Source: Candidatus Fermentibacterota bacterium
Lineage (GTDB): Bacteria > Fermentibacterota > Fermentibacteria > Fermentibacterales > JCC-6
Length of the DNA stretch: 64,000 nucleotides
Direction of reading: 5' to 3'
Assembly (NCBI GenBank): GCA_963845085.1
Contig: CAWJQI010000005.1
Location: 448,502-512,501, forward strand
The position numbers and the translations under genes are program-made. Shown here one piece after another: positions 17,829-26,681 of the stretch (within the stretch, counting starts at the first letter, position 1; each line of letters starts with the position of its first letter). The notes beneath the pieces are model-generated. The model was given only the letters and a program-made list of their open reading frames with translations, was not told where the DNA came from and did no database searches.

Positions 17829-19169
17829 ATGTCAAGATCAACAGCATTACTGGTCCTGGCTCTCCTTCCATGCAAAAGCGCTGTCTGTTCCCCGGAGTTC
17901 GATGACAGGTACGACACATGGATCAGGATGACGCCCTCTCTTGGTCAATCCCCTGAATCCTGCCAGCTGCTGCTTGACAACGACGGCAATCCGATCATCT
18001 GCTACGATCCGACTTCCACCACCGGAACTGACGGCCTCTATTACGCCTGGTTCGACGGAGAAAACTGGGCCGAAGTGCTTCTGGATCCATTTCAATACTC
18101 CGCGACCGGGTGTCGCATGGTTCTCTCACCGGAGGGACTGCCCTCGATCCTTTACGGGTACGGAACTCAGGGCACCCTTAAATACGCCTGGTTCGACGGT
18201 TCGGACTGGCACACGGAAACCGTCTGGAACCAGAAGACAGGGCGGAAGGACTTGGCCATGGATGCCGATGGAACGCCCCACATCTGTTTCGTCGACTATA
18301 ACTCCAACGACGTTTATTACGGCGTGAGGGACAGTGACGGATGGGCTTTCCAGTACGTCGGCCATCAGGTCACATGGCCCGTTTCAATAACCATCGACCC
18401 CCAGGAGCGCCCACATGTAGTGTACGACGGCGGCGTCAACCTTGTTCACGCCTGGCTTGATGTGGACGGATGGCACACCGAAAACTTCGGCAGCAGCGTG
18501 TATGCATACGACCTTTCAATCGAATGCGATGAAGGCGGCGTGCTGCATCTGGCCGTTCAGGACGATCTGGATCTGCTTTACTTCTGGAGTGAAGGAAGCG
18601 GCTGGACCAGGGAGACGGTCGACGTCATGTCCGGTATCAGATGCTCCATCGCAGCAGGCAGTGACGGAACGATTCACATCGCATACGATGAAGAGGTGAA
18701 CGGAGACCTTCGTTACGCCTGCCGCACCGAAGGTGACTGGTTCACCCAGGTCATTTCATGGGAGGGCTACAACGGCGGCTATCCATCGATTTGTCTTGAT
18801 GCGTTGAACAGACCCCACATGCTCCAGTCGCGCCTGTCGAATCCTGCCGAGCTGATATGGTGGGGGGAATACGTGAGCGCACAGGACGAGGCTTTCTCCC
18901 CGGTTGTGTCCGGTGCGGCGCTGGCCGTTTCACCGAATCCTTCGCGGTCGGACCCTGTTGTTTTCGTCAACACAGCCCGGGAAGGCGAATACAGCCTTGC
19001 CGTCTTCGATCTTTCAGGCAGGGCTGTTGCGAGCATCTTCTCGGGCGTTCTTTCCCCGGGTGAACACACCTTCTTCCCGAATCTCTCGGGGCTTCCCGAC
19101 GGCGCCTATCACCTGGTCTTTACGGGTGAAAACATCGGGATGACTGAAAGCATGGTTCTATTGCACTGA
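17829..19169 (+). CDS. Secreted repeat (beta-propeller-like) protein with T9SS C-terminal sorting domain
   Basis: Signal peptide MSRSTALLVLALLPCKSAVC. Six to seven repeats of D..G.PHI.Y...L.YAW.DG..W..E.V. The C-terminus VSPNPSRSDPVVFVNTAREGEYSLAVFDLSGRAVASIF...GAYHLVFTGEN is T9SS type-A CTD-like. I prefer the second ATG (17829) because GGAGG ends at 17822. Confidence 0.7.
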   Translation: MSRSTALLVLALLPCKSAVCSPEFDDRYDTWIRMTPSLGQSPESCQLLLDNDGNPIICYDPTSTTGTDGLYYAWFDGENWAEVLLDPFQYSATGCRMVLSPEGLPSILYGYGTQGTLKYAWFDGSDWHTETVWNQKTGRKDLAMDADGTPHICFVDYNSNDVYYGVRDSDGWAFQYVGHQVTWPVSITIDPQERPHVVYDGGVNLVHAWLDVDGWHTENFGSSVYAYDLSIECDEGGVLHLAVQDDLDLLYFWSEGSGWTRETVDVMSGIRCSIAAGSDGTIHIAYDEEVNGDLRYACRTEGDWFTQVISWEGYNGGYPSICLDALNRPHMLQSRLSNPAELIWWGEYVSAQDEAFSPVVSGAALAVSPNPSRSDPVVFVNTAREGEYSLAVFDLSGRAVASIFSGVLSPGEHTFFPNLSGLPDGAYHLVFTGENIGMTESMVLLH

Positions 19170-19181
19170 GAACCAAAGGGA

Positions 19182-19201
19182 AGGGGGCGCAGAAGCGCCC
19201 C
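19182..19201. terminator. Bidirectional intrinsic-terminator hairpin between convergent genes
   Basis: GGGGGCGC-AGAA-GCGCCCCC forms a perfect 8-bp GC stem, followed by CCCCTT. Confidence 0.55.
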
Positions 19202-19214
19202 CCCCTTGCGACAC

Positions 19215-20582
19215 TCAGAATGATTCGGCGCTGTCGGTGATCTTCACACCCGTGCTCACCATGTAGCCCGGAACGGAAGCCGCTTCGGGCATGCGGCGGT
19301 CGTAGGTGCTGGAACCGTTCACCGACGTGTTCCATGGGGCAAGCACTGCCACGTTTCCCAGAACATTCTGGAACGTGTCGGTGATGCGGCTCGAGAAAAT
19401 GGGCCGTACCATTTCGCCGTCTTCTATCAGCACGGCGCTGAAGCGGCTGCTCCCGGTGAAGATGCCCTTGCTCCGGTTGGGGATGTGCGTGTAGTGAAGG
19501 GCGGGGATGAAGAGAACACGGCCCATGCCCTTCACTGCCTCCATGGGGCACTCCGGGCCGTTGCCCGCCTCCATGACCACGCTCGCGCTTCCCTGGTGGG
19601 GAGTGGGCTTCCTGTTGTACTTGGCTGCGGTTGCCAGGTCGTAGAACAGGTTCATCATCCTTCCCTGTTCGACCATGGGGAACCTGTTCCTCGTCATGCC
19701 GGCCATGTCGAAACCGAACCGGAACGTGTTCATGTCCGTCGGATCGTCGAAGACGGTCACCTTGTCCGAAAGGACCATGTCGCCGGGCTTCTTGCCGCAG
19801 GTCCAGTTCATCCCCTCTTCGTATCCGCGGCCGCTGAGGCCGGTGCCCATGGCCATGCCGACAATCTCGGCCACGGCCTGTGAGCCGAAGAGAACGGTGT
19901 ACTCGCCGGGTTCCACCCTGAAGCCGGGCTTTTCATACACGGGAAGAAGCCGTTTGAAGCTCTCGATGGTGTCCTCGGCTTTCACATCGCCCGCCTGCCA
20001 GCCGGTCTGGAACGAAGCGAGCTCCCATTTCCTCTCGGGGTGCTTCAGCACGCAGGTGAACTGCTGGTCGGTTCCGATCCGCCACGCGAGATTGTCGTTG
20101 CCGGTGCAGGCCAGGAAGATCTCGGTGGAGCCGCTGCTCCAGGAGCCGGAGAAGTTGAGGTGCTTTCCCGTCTTCCCGATGATGTCCCGGTAGACGACCG
20201 CCTTTGCTTCGGGATCGAGTTCCTCGAGGGCCTCGTCGTACTGGAGCATCTCCTCGGCGCTCTCCTCCACGACCCTGGAGATCGGGTCGTAGTCTTTCTC
20301 CGATGAGACGGATGCCTTTTCGACGGCGGTTTCCAGGGCTTTCCTGACGCCATCAGGTCCGTCTATGTCGCCCATGACCGTGAACGAGCCCTCCCTGCGG
20401 CCATCGGTAACCTCGACATCGAGCCTGGTGAGATCCACGCTCGTGTTCAGGCTTACCGAGTTGTTGCCGATTCTCATGAGGTGGCTCTTCTCGCGGTGCA
20501 TCGTGAAAAGGGCGTCAATGCCCCTCTCCGCAGCCTCGTCCCTCACCTTGAGGATGGCGTCACGGGTTGTTTCATCCAGCAT
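19215..20582 (-). CDS. pmbA: PmbA/TldE-family metalloprotease subunit
   Basis: The length, the position directly downstream of tldD, and family-like sequence (HREKSHLMRIGNNSVSLNTS..., C-terminal VPGYMVSTGVKI) fit PmbA. Confidence 0.75.
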   Translation of the reverse strand: MLDETTRDAILKVRDEAAERGIDALFTMHREKSHLMRIGNNSVSLNTSVDLTRLDVEVTDGRREGSFTVMGDIDGPDGVRKALETAVEKASVSSEKDYDPISRVVEESAEEMLQYDEALEELDPEAKAVVYRDIIGKTGKHLNFSGSWSSGSTEIFLACTGNDNLAWRIGTDQQFTCVLKHPERKWELASFQTGWQAGDVKAEDTIESFKRLLPVYEKPGFRVEPGEYTVLFGSQAVAEIVGMAMGTGLSGRGYEEGMNWTCGKKPGDMVLSDKVTVFDDPTDMNTFRFGFDMAGMTRNRFPMVEQGRMMNLFYDLATAAKYNRKPTPHQGSASVVMEAGNGPECPMEAVKGMGRVLFIPALHYTHIPNRSKGIFTGSSRFSAVLIEDGEMVRPIFSSRITDTFQNVLGNVAVLAPWNTSVNGSSTYDRRMPEAASVPGYMVSTGVKITDSAESF

Positions 20583-20585
20583 GGC

Positions 20586-22067
20586 CTACTTCTCCTCTCC
20601 GGTGATAACATCGTCGAACCTGAGCACGGGGACACCGTGGCCGATCTCCATCACCTGGTTTGGCTCGCCCTTGCCGCAGTTCGGAACCTGTTCGACGACC
20701 CATGTCGAACGGTCCCCGACAGCGCTGAGCTTGCCGTAGAACTCCAGGGTATGCCCCTGATAGGTGGGGTTCTTCAGAACCCGGGTGATCCTGCCGCCCT
20801 TGATCTCCCATGCTATCTCGCAGCCGAAATGGAAGTGTTCCCTGTTGCTTCCGATGGACCAGCTCGTCGGATTGTCGAGGAGTATGCCGTCATCGGTCCC
20901 CGCGATGATGTCCGAGAGAGTTCCATCGTTTCCGGGAAGAACGTTCACATTTGTCATGCGGTCGATGGGGGCCTTGTAGAAGGCGGTGGACCGGCTGGCT
21001 CCGCCGCTTCCGTCGAATACTTTCCTTCCGGCGGTGTGGTTGGCCTCGCTGATCATTGCACGGCTGGTGAGGCAGTTCACGAGGACACCCTTGTCAATGA
21101 GCAGGTAATCGCGCTCGGGGGTTCCCTCATCGTCGTAGCCGAAGCTACCCGGGCTGTTGGCCACGGAGCCGAAGGCGCTCACGCTGAGCTTGTCGGACCC
21201 GTACCTGAGCCTGCCGAAGCTTTCCAGCGTGACGAAGCTTCCCCCGGCGTACGAAAGCTCGTAGCCGAGTATCCTGTCGAGTTCCAGCGGATGGCCTATC
21301 GTCTCGTGAACCTGAAGGTGCCCCTGTCCGGGAAGAAGGATGACGGATCGGCGCCCGTACTCGAGTTCGGGAGCCGAGAGCAGCTGGGAAAGCTCTTCCT
21401 TCATGCCCTCCGCCCTGCCGCTCCAGAGTGCGGGGTCGGTCACCATTTCCCAGCCGCGGGTTCCCTGACCAGTGGTGTTGAGGCTCTTCGAACGCCTCTG
21501 CATCTGGCCGTCGCCGTCCTGGGCCATGACCATGGAATCCGCAAAGCAGTTCACGAGGTTACGTTCGATGAACGAACCCTCGCTGTTCCAGAACCAGTTG
21601 TTCATCCTTTGAAGGTACAGGAACACAACCCTCCTCTGGACGAAATCCGCCTTCAGCCTCTCATCGAGGCCCGCGAGGAATGCAAGCTTCTCCTTGAGGG
21701 GAACCTCGAACGGATCCTTCACAACGGGCGAGCAATAGCTGCCGCGAACGGAGGGCATGACTCCCATATCCAGCGGGATGCTCACGAGCAGTGATGCTGT
21801 CTTTGCGTTGGCCAGGGCCTTTGAAAATGCCTCGGCAACATCGGATGCCCTGCTTGTTGCTGCGAAGCCCCAGGCGCCGCCGTACAGGACCCTGACGCCC
21901 AGGCCGCTCTCGAATGAGGCCGTGTTGGCTTCGAGGTTACCGTCGTAAAGAACAAGAGTTTCCGAGCCGTCCTCGGAGTAGAAACGGGCATCGCAGTAGC
22001 CCGCCCCGGCATCCATCACCCTGGCAATGCCTTGGGTGACAGGCTTTTCCAGTGCTTCAACTTTCAA
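20586..22067 (-). CDS. tldD: TldD-family metalloprotease
   Basis: VHETIGHPLELDR matches the TldD HExxxH-type metal site. The C-terminus CGKGEPNQVMEIGHGVPVLRF is typical of TldD. The stop lies 3 nt before the pmbA start. Confidence 0.85.
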   Translation of the reverse strand: MKVEALEKPVTQGIARVMDAGAGYCDARFYSEDGSETLVLYDGNLEANTASFESGLGVRVLYGGAWGFAATSRASDVAEAFSKALANAKTASLLVSIPLDMGVMPSVRGSYCSPVVKDPFEVPLKEKLAFLAGLDERLKADFVQRRVVFLYLQRMNNWFWNSEGSFIERNLVNCFADSMVMAQDGDGQMQRRSKSLNTTGQGTRGWEMVTDPALWSGRAEGMKEELSQLLSAPELEYGRRSVILLPGQGHLQVHETIGHPLELDRILGYELSYAGGSFVTLESFGRLRYGSDKLSVSAFGSVANSPGSFGYDDEGTPERDYLLIDKGVLVNCLTSRAMISEANHTAGRKVFDGSGGASRSTAFYKAPIDRMTNVNVLPGNDGTLSDIIAGTDDGILLDNPTSWSIGSNREHFHFGCEIAWEIKGGRITRVLKNPTYQGHTLEFYGKLSAVGDRSTWVVEQVPNCGKGEPNQVMEIGHGVPVLRFDDVITGEEK

Positions 22068-22545
22068 TTCCCACCTCTTCCGGATTCGAACCTGCGACGA
22101 AAAGGACCGCGTCGCGGCTCAGTACGCCAGGTGATTCCACCCTGCAGAAAACTCCCCGTGAGGGCATCACGCATTTACCGACCTTGACGAAAATGGTGCA
22201 CCCCTCCCCATGACACTCCTTGCCCAACTGCGTGACCACAAGGACAAGGCCGTCGTCCCCCGAGAGCCTGTCACCAGGTTTCAGGGAGCCGAATGCCCCG
22301 CCCTCGGTGGTTATGTTCTCACCAAAGTCGCCGGGAGATATGTCGAGGCCCGTTCGCCCCGCGAAGGCGGCAATGCTCTCGATGTCAAGAAGGCTTACCT
22401 GCCTGTGCCAGTCTCCGGCATGCGCATCGCCCTCGATGCCGGAAAGGCCCACAAAAGCCCTTTCAACAGGCTCCTTTGCGGTCCCCTTCGCCACTGACAC
22501 GTTTACCGACACGATTCTCAAACTTCTCATCTTGCCTCCCGGCAC
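22057..22545 (-). CDS. MOSC-domain protein
   Basis: VSVNVSVAKGTAKEPV...GIEGDAHAGDWHRQVSLL is the MOSC signature. Overlaps the tldD start by 11 nt. Confidence 0.75.
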   Translation of the reverse strand: MPGGKMRSLRIVSVNVSVAKGTAKEPVERAFVGLSGIEGDAHAGDWHRQVSLLDIESIAAFAGRTGLDISPGDFGENITTEGGAFGSLKPGDRLSGDDGLVLVVTQLGKECHGEGCTIFVKVGKCVMPSRGVFCRVESPGVLSRDAVLFVAGSNPEEVGIES

Positions 22546-22710
22546 CCCGGCAGGAAAAAGAATAGTGTTAAAAGATACATTGTCAAGGCTGGTGCCCGGT
22601 ATTCCTTAATCAGCCCGTCGAATATAGACTCACCCGGCTCCGCCGGGTCGTTGACCCCCGGGAACCCGGAGCCTTATCATCGCCTGAGTGGCATACACCC
22701 GGCGAAGGGA

Positions 22711-23868
22711 ATGATGAACATGGCAAGGGCACTTTCCGGTCTTGTTCTTTTGATCGCTGTTTCTTCCTGTTACTCACAGGCTTCCATATACCCTCCGGAA
22801 GCGGAGCAGCTCGCTCTGGACCGTCTGCTCTCCATGGGCGTTGTCTCACCCGGGTCGGCCGGTTACCAGTACATCGCAGCCCCGGTTTCAGCATACCTGT
22901 TCGACATCCTCGGATACCGTGACGGCGTGCTCACGGCGTTCCGGGTCGGGGTGACCGACGAGGGCGATGAAAACCCGGGCGAGGTCTTCATGTGTTTCAG
23001 CTACGGCGCGGACGGCGAATGGTCCCCTGCGTCCGACGCCCCGCCCGAGGAGCTCCTCGTTTACGAATTCCTCATGGACGACCGCGAGGAGTTCATGGCG
23101 CTGGCCCACGGCAGCCACCCGGGCGATGCGGTCGCCCCGCCAGCCGGGACTATCTACACCCTGAACGGACGTGTGACCGGCATCGCCATGCTTGCCGCCC
23201 TGAGCAGTGCTGAAGCGGTTTTCGTGGGGGAGCAGCACGACGATCCGCTGGCGCATGAATGGGAGCTCTACATCTGGAAAGCCCTGGCTTCACCGGAGAG
23301 GGCGCTCGCGCTCGAGATGTTCGAGACGGACGTGCAGCCGCTTCTTGACGGGTACCTTTCAGGCGGTGTTACCCGCGGGGAGTTCCTCGCAGGCTCCCGC
23401 CCCTGGGGCAACTACGAGACCGACTACGAACCTCTGGTCGAGTACGCCCGGGAAAACAGCCTTCGCGTCATAGCAGCCAATGTACCCAGACCCCTCGCGG
23501 CGGCCGTCGCAATGCGCGGCTTCATGGCTCTCGAGGGGGAGGGGTTCTTCCAGGCAATGACCGTGGACTCATCGAACGCCTCTTACCGCGCCCGTTTCCT
23601 TGAAACCATTTCGGAACTGGGGGATTCGATGCACGGGATGCCGATGGACCCTGAAAACCTCTACCGTGCCCAGCTGCTCAAAGACGCCGTGATGGCCTCA
23701 TCGATCGCGGGACAGCCCTGCGTGATTATCTGCGGCAGGTTCCACAGCGACTTTCACTCCGGCATCCCCGACCAGCTTCCCCCTGGTGCCGATTACCTTA
23801 CCGTCACGATCCTCGGGGAGGGTGAAACCGTTGATTTCGGAACGGCGGATTTCATTATAGTCCGCTGA
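22711..23868 (+). CDS. ChaN/Tiki-superfamily (DUF399) lipoprotein with an extra N-terminal domain
   Basis: MMNMARALSGLVLLIAVSSC is a lipobox. VFVGEQHDDPLAHEWELYIWKAL is the ChaN GEQHDNP motif. Possible start codons are 22711, 22714 and 22720. Confidence 0.65.
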   Translation: MMNMARALSGLVLLIAVSSCYSQASIYPPEAEQLALDRLLSMGVVSPGSAGYQYIAAPVSAYLFDILGYRDGVLTAFRVGVTDEGDENPGEVFMCFSYGADGEWSPASDAPPEELLVYEFLMDDREEFMALAHGSHPGDAVAPPAGTIYTLNGRVTGIAMLAALSSAEAVFVGEQHDDPLAHEWELYIWKALASPERALALEMFETDVQPLLDGYLSGGVTRGEFLAGSRPWGNYETDYEPLVEYARENSLRVIAANVPRPLAAAVAMRGFMALEGEGFFQAMTVDSSNASYRARFLETISELGDSMHGMPMDPENLYRAQLLKDAVMASSIAGQPCVIICGRFHSDFHSGIPDQLPPGADYLTVTILGEGETVDFGTADFIIVR

Positions 23869-23946
23869 GACCGGAGGGGATACGATGCCCTCCGCATCCC
23901 GGCGCTGAGTGCTTTCTCAGGGCCGGCCACGGAAGGGGGAGGGGTC

Positions 23947-24462
23947 ATGTTCCAGGCTTTCCTTCTGTTCCTTCTTGTCGCCTCCGGTTTTCAACCGCCT
24001 CCGGAACCGCCGGAGGTTTCCCTGATCAGGGAGCGTTACAACGAGGTCAAGAACAGCCTGTCCGTCAATCCCGACATGTACAGGACCGAGATCCGCGTGA
24101 ACCCCGATGATTCACCCTACCCGGCCCTCGGGCACTTCCAGGAGAGCATCATCCTGTACTGGTGGAGCCGCGCAGGGGAAAGCGGGCTGGTGCTTGCGGT
24201 CTGCACGGGAGGTTATGCCGCGCACAGCGAGTACACCGAGGTCCTTTACGGTGAGGACGGTTCCGCGCAGTTCATGCTGTTCTCGTACAACAACGGCCCC
24301 GACGCGACCTTCGAGGAGAGACGATGGTATTCGGGAGGATCTGAGATTTATGCAACAGGCAAAACCCTGACCGCTGACGGAGAGGAATTCTACGAGCCGT
24401 GCGGGTTCAATGCACCGCGTGATCCCGGGTACTTCAGTGACCTTTTCGACCTGCTTCACTGA
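23947..24462 (+). CDS. Small secreted hypothetical protein
   Basis: MFQAFLLFLLVASGF is a hydrophobic N-terminus, and a G-rich RBS lies upstream. I recognised no family. Confidence 0.5.
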   Translation: MFQAFLLFLLVASGFQPPPEPPEVSLIRERYNEVKNSLSVNPDMYRTEIRVNPDDSPYPALGHFQESIILYWWSRAGESGLVLAVCTGGYAAHSEYTEVLYGEDGSAQFMLFSYNNGPDATFEERRWYSGGSEIYATGKTLTADGEEFYEPCGFNAPRDPGYFSDLFDLLH

Positions 24463-24504
24463 TCGCGCGGGCTATCACTTTCGGGTCTGCGATTCGGGAG
24501 GTGT

Positions 24505-25158
24505 ATGATGGTGGGGTTATTCATGGAGGTTCTTCTTCTGCAGATGCCGCAGGTAGTTTTTCAGCCCCTTCCCGCTATCGATGACTGCCTGGTGACCCAG
24601 CCGTTCACGGGCGGTTACTCCGCAGGAATCATGTGCCAGAGCTCGGCCGGCATCATGCTGGCGGAAGACTGCTACCCGTCCACGGATTACTCCGTAGGCG
24701 ACGTTTTCCTCTGGCTTGGCTTCCAGCTCCCGATCTCCGTTACGAACTACAACATCGGGTTCCAGATCGACAATTCGGGCTCGCCCGCCGGCACGTTCAT
24801 CTGGTATGGCAACGAATCGAACGTGGAGTACCAGGATGTCGGGTTGTACATGTGGGGGCTCCACTTCCAGCAGGTCCACATCGCAATCGCGGTTCCCCCC
24901 GTTCTCGAGGGGGGCGGGGCGTACTGGTTCTGCTTTCAGCCGGTAAGCTCACCTCTGGTGGGCTGCCTCGCCACCGGAAACATACCGGCCTGGAACGAGA
25001 TGTTCTACATCAGCATCGACAACGGCGACACGTGGGAAAGCAGCCTCACATCGTTCGGCGACGACTATGCGTACTTCCTGATCCTCTCGGGTTCCACGAG
25101 CCTTGAACGGACAAGCTGGGGAAGGATCAAGACGCTTCTGCAACCCCCCCTGCCCTAG
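24505..25158 (+). CDS. Hypothetical protein ending in ...LERTSWGRIKTLLQPPLP
   Basis: GGGAGG RBS upstream of ATGATG. Codon usage resembles the neighbouring genes. I recognised no family. Confidence 0.5.
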   Translation: MMVGLFMEVLLLQMPQVVFQPLPAIDDCLVTQPFTGGYSAGIMCQSSAGIMLAEDCYPSTDYSVGDVFLWLGFQLPISVTNYNIGFQIDNSGSPAGTFIWYGNESNVEYQDVGLYMWGLHFQQVHIAIAVPPVLEGGGAYWFCFQPVSSPLVGCLATGNIPAWNEMFYISIDNGDTWESSLTSFGDDYAYFLILSGSTSLERTSWGRIKTLLQPPLP

Positions 25159-25805
25159 TCATCCTGAAACCTGACCATCCAGTACTTCGCCACCTTCGCC
25201 GGGTGCAGCTTCTGCCAGACGCCGTCGGGCAGGTACACATCAACCCCGCAGTACCTGCAGGGGGTGGTGCGTTCACAATCCGCCGTCACGACAAGGCCCC
25301 CCCCGCATTTCGGGCATGACAGGGCAACAGGTTTGTCCTTTTCCGAATCATTGCGGGATGGTTCCGAGTCCCTCTCCGCAAAGAAAACCTGCCGTGCAGT
25401 CGGCACAAGCTCCTGCAGCCATGAGGGGGCGGGGAATGTCGGCGTCTTCCGGCCGCACTTCAGGCAGACAAGCATCCGGTCCTCACCGTTCCCAACAGAA
25501 TCGAGGTCCCAGTTCTCCTCGCAGGAAGGACAGGCGGGGTCGGGGGGAGGCAGCCTTACGTAATCGTATTTCACCGTGACTTCGCCGGTCATGAGCGTGC
25601 AGTTCTTCCCGTCACCCGGTTCAAGGCCTGCGTAGTCCTCGAGGTATTCCCCGATGATGTCGCCCCACACATCGGGAGAAAGGGTGATGCTCCTGCTGCA
25701 TGAAGGGCATGCCGGCTCGGTCAGGGGGCCGTTGACAACAACCGGATTACCGCAGTGGGTGCATGTCGCAAGAACCTTGAATATCCCGAAGCGCCCTTCA
25801 GCCAT
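25155..25805 (-). CDS. Multi-zinc-ribbon protein (four CxxC...CxxC pairs)
   Basis: CTHCGN...CPSC; CPSCEE...CLKCG; CPKCGG...CRYCG. Confidence 0.6.
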   Translation of the reverse strand: MAEGRFGIFKVLATCTHCGNPVVVNGPLTEPACPSCSRSITLSPDVWGDIIGEYLEDYAGLEPGDGKNCTLMTGEVTVKYDYVRLPPPDPACPSCEENWDLDSVGNGEDRMLVCLKCGRKTPTFPAPSWLQELVPTARQVFFAERDSEPSRNDSEKDKPVALSCPKCGGGLVVTADCERTTPCRYCGVDVYLPDGVWQKLHPAKVAKYWMVRFQDD

Positions 25806-26065
25806 TTCGTCTCCTGTCCATGTCAGCCGAGATTGCCGACAATTCGATGCAATTTCATCAAAATGAGCATAGTACGGGCATGTACACGGGTCAATCCTGC
25901 AGTATTCAACGTGAGCGGGCAGACTGCGTAGACATTGACCGGGCGTTGTACCGATGGTATTTTTTCATGCCATAAGAAATTGCGGGGCATTAATATGTCT
26001 TGCTTGTTCCCTTCCTGCATCAAAGATCAGGAAACGATGCCACGCTATTCATCAGGAGCCACGAA

Positions 26066-26521
26066 GTGAAGGAACTTTTTTCCAACCAGATACTCTGGAC
26101 TGCTGTGATAGCCGACATAGAGGCGCAGGTGCTGAAAGCAGTCCTTGTTCTGATATCCGAAAGGCAGTGGCGTTCTGATCGGCTTTTCGGCCCGGGCGGC
26201 ATGCCCTCGTCCCATGCTGCCTTTGTCACGGCTCTTGCCACGGGAGTAGGATTCAGCGATGGTCTGGGATCGCCTCTTTTCGCCGTTGCCCTGATCTTCG
26301 CGCTGATTGTGATGTACGATGCCGTGGGGGTTCGTCAGGCTGCGGGAAAACATGCCCTTGTGCTCAACCAGGTGACTGCTGAACTTCACGAGATGTTCAA
26401 TGAGGGTTTCAAACCGGAGGTCCTGCAGGTCTTTTTGGGACACAACAGCCTGCAGGTCGTTGCGGGGCTGATTCTTGGCCTCTCAGTGGCTCTTTTCTCA
26501 TTCCTGGTCTGGCCCGGTTAG
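26066..26521 (+). CDS. Divergent PAP2 / DUF212 (YuiD-like) membrane protein
   Basis: AQVLKAVL...GGMPSSHAAFVTALATGVG...VMYDAVGVRQAAGKHA is the DUF212 signature. GTG start at 26066 with AGGAG 7 nt upstream. The ORF-track start at 26000 is probably over-extended. Confidence 0.7.
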   Translation: MKELFSNQILWTAVIADIEAQVLKAVLVLISERQWRSDRLFGPGGMPSSHAAFVTALATGVGFSDGLGSPLFAVALIFALIVMYDAVGVRQAAGKHALVLNQVTAELHEMFNEGFKPEVLQVFLGHNSLQVVAGLILGLSVALFSFLVWPG

Positions 26522-26681
26522 GAACATCGCGCAGTGAGTGATGGGGAATGGGAGTCCGGAGTGAACCCGCGACCCTGCTCAGCCCTTTGCTTATTCCGCT
26601 CTCCTCAACATAATAATGCGAGTTTGCACCGGCCTGTCACCGGCCGGCCGAGGGGATAAACCGGAACCGCGGGAGGGTAAG

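Noticed and set aside
20481-21794. 437-aa + strand ORF across tldD/pmbA
   Set aside because: It is antisense to a TldD gene with an intact metal-binding motif. Its composition is typical of a GC-rich shadow frame.
22082-22092. GGATTCGAACC, the reverse complement of the tRNA T-loop consensus GGTTCGAATCC
   Set aside because: It lies inside the MOSC coding sequence (…AGSNPEEV…). The flanks cannot form a 5-bp T-stem or an acceptor stem, so this is a chance match.
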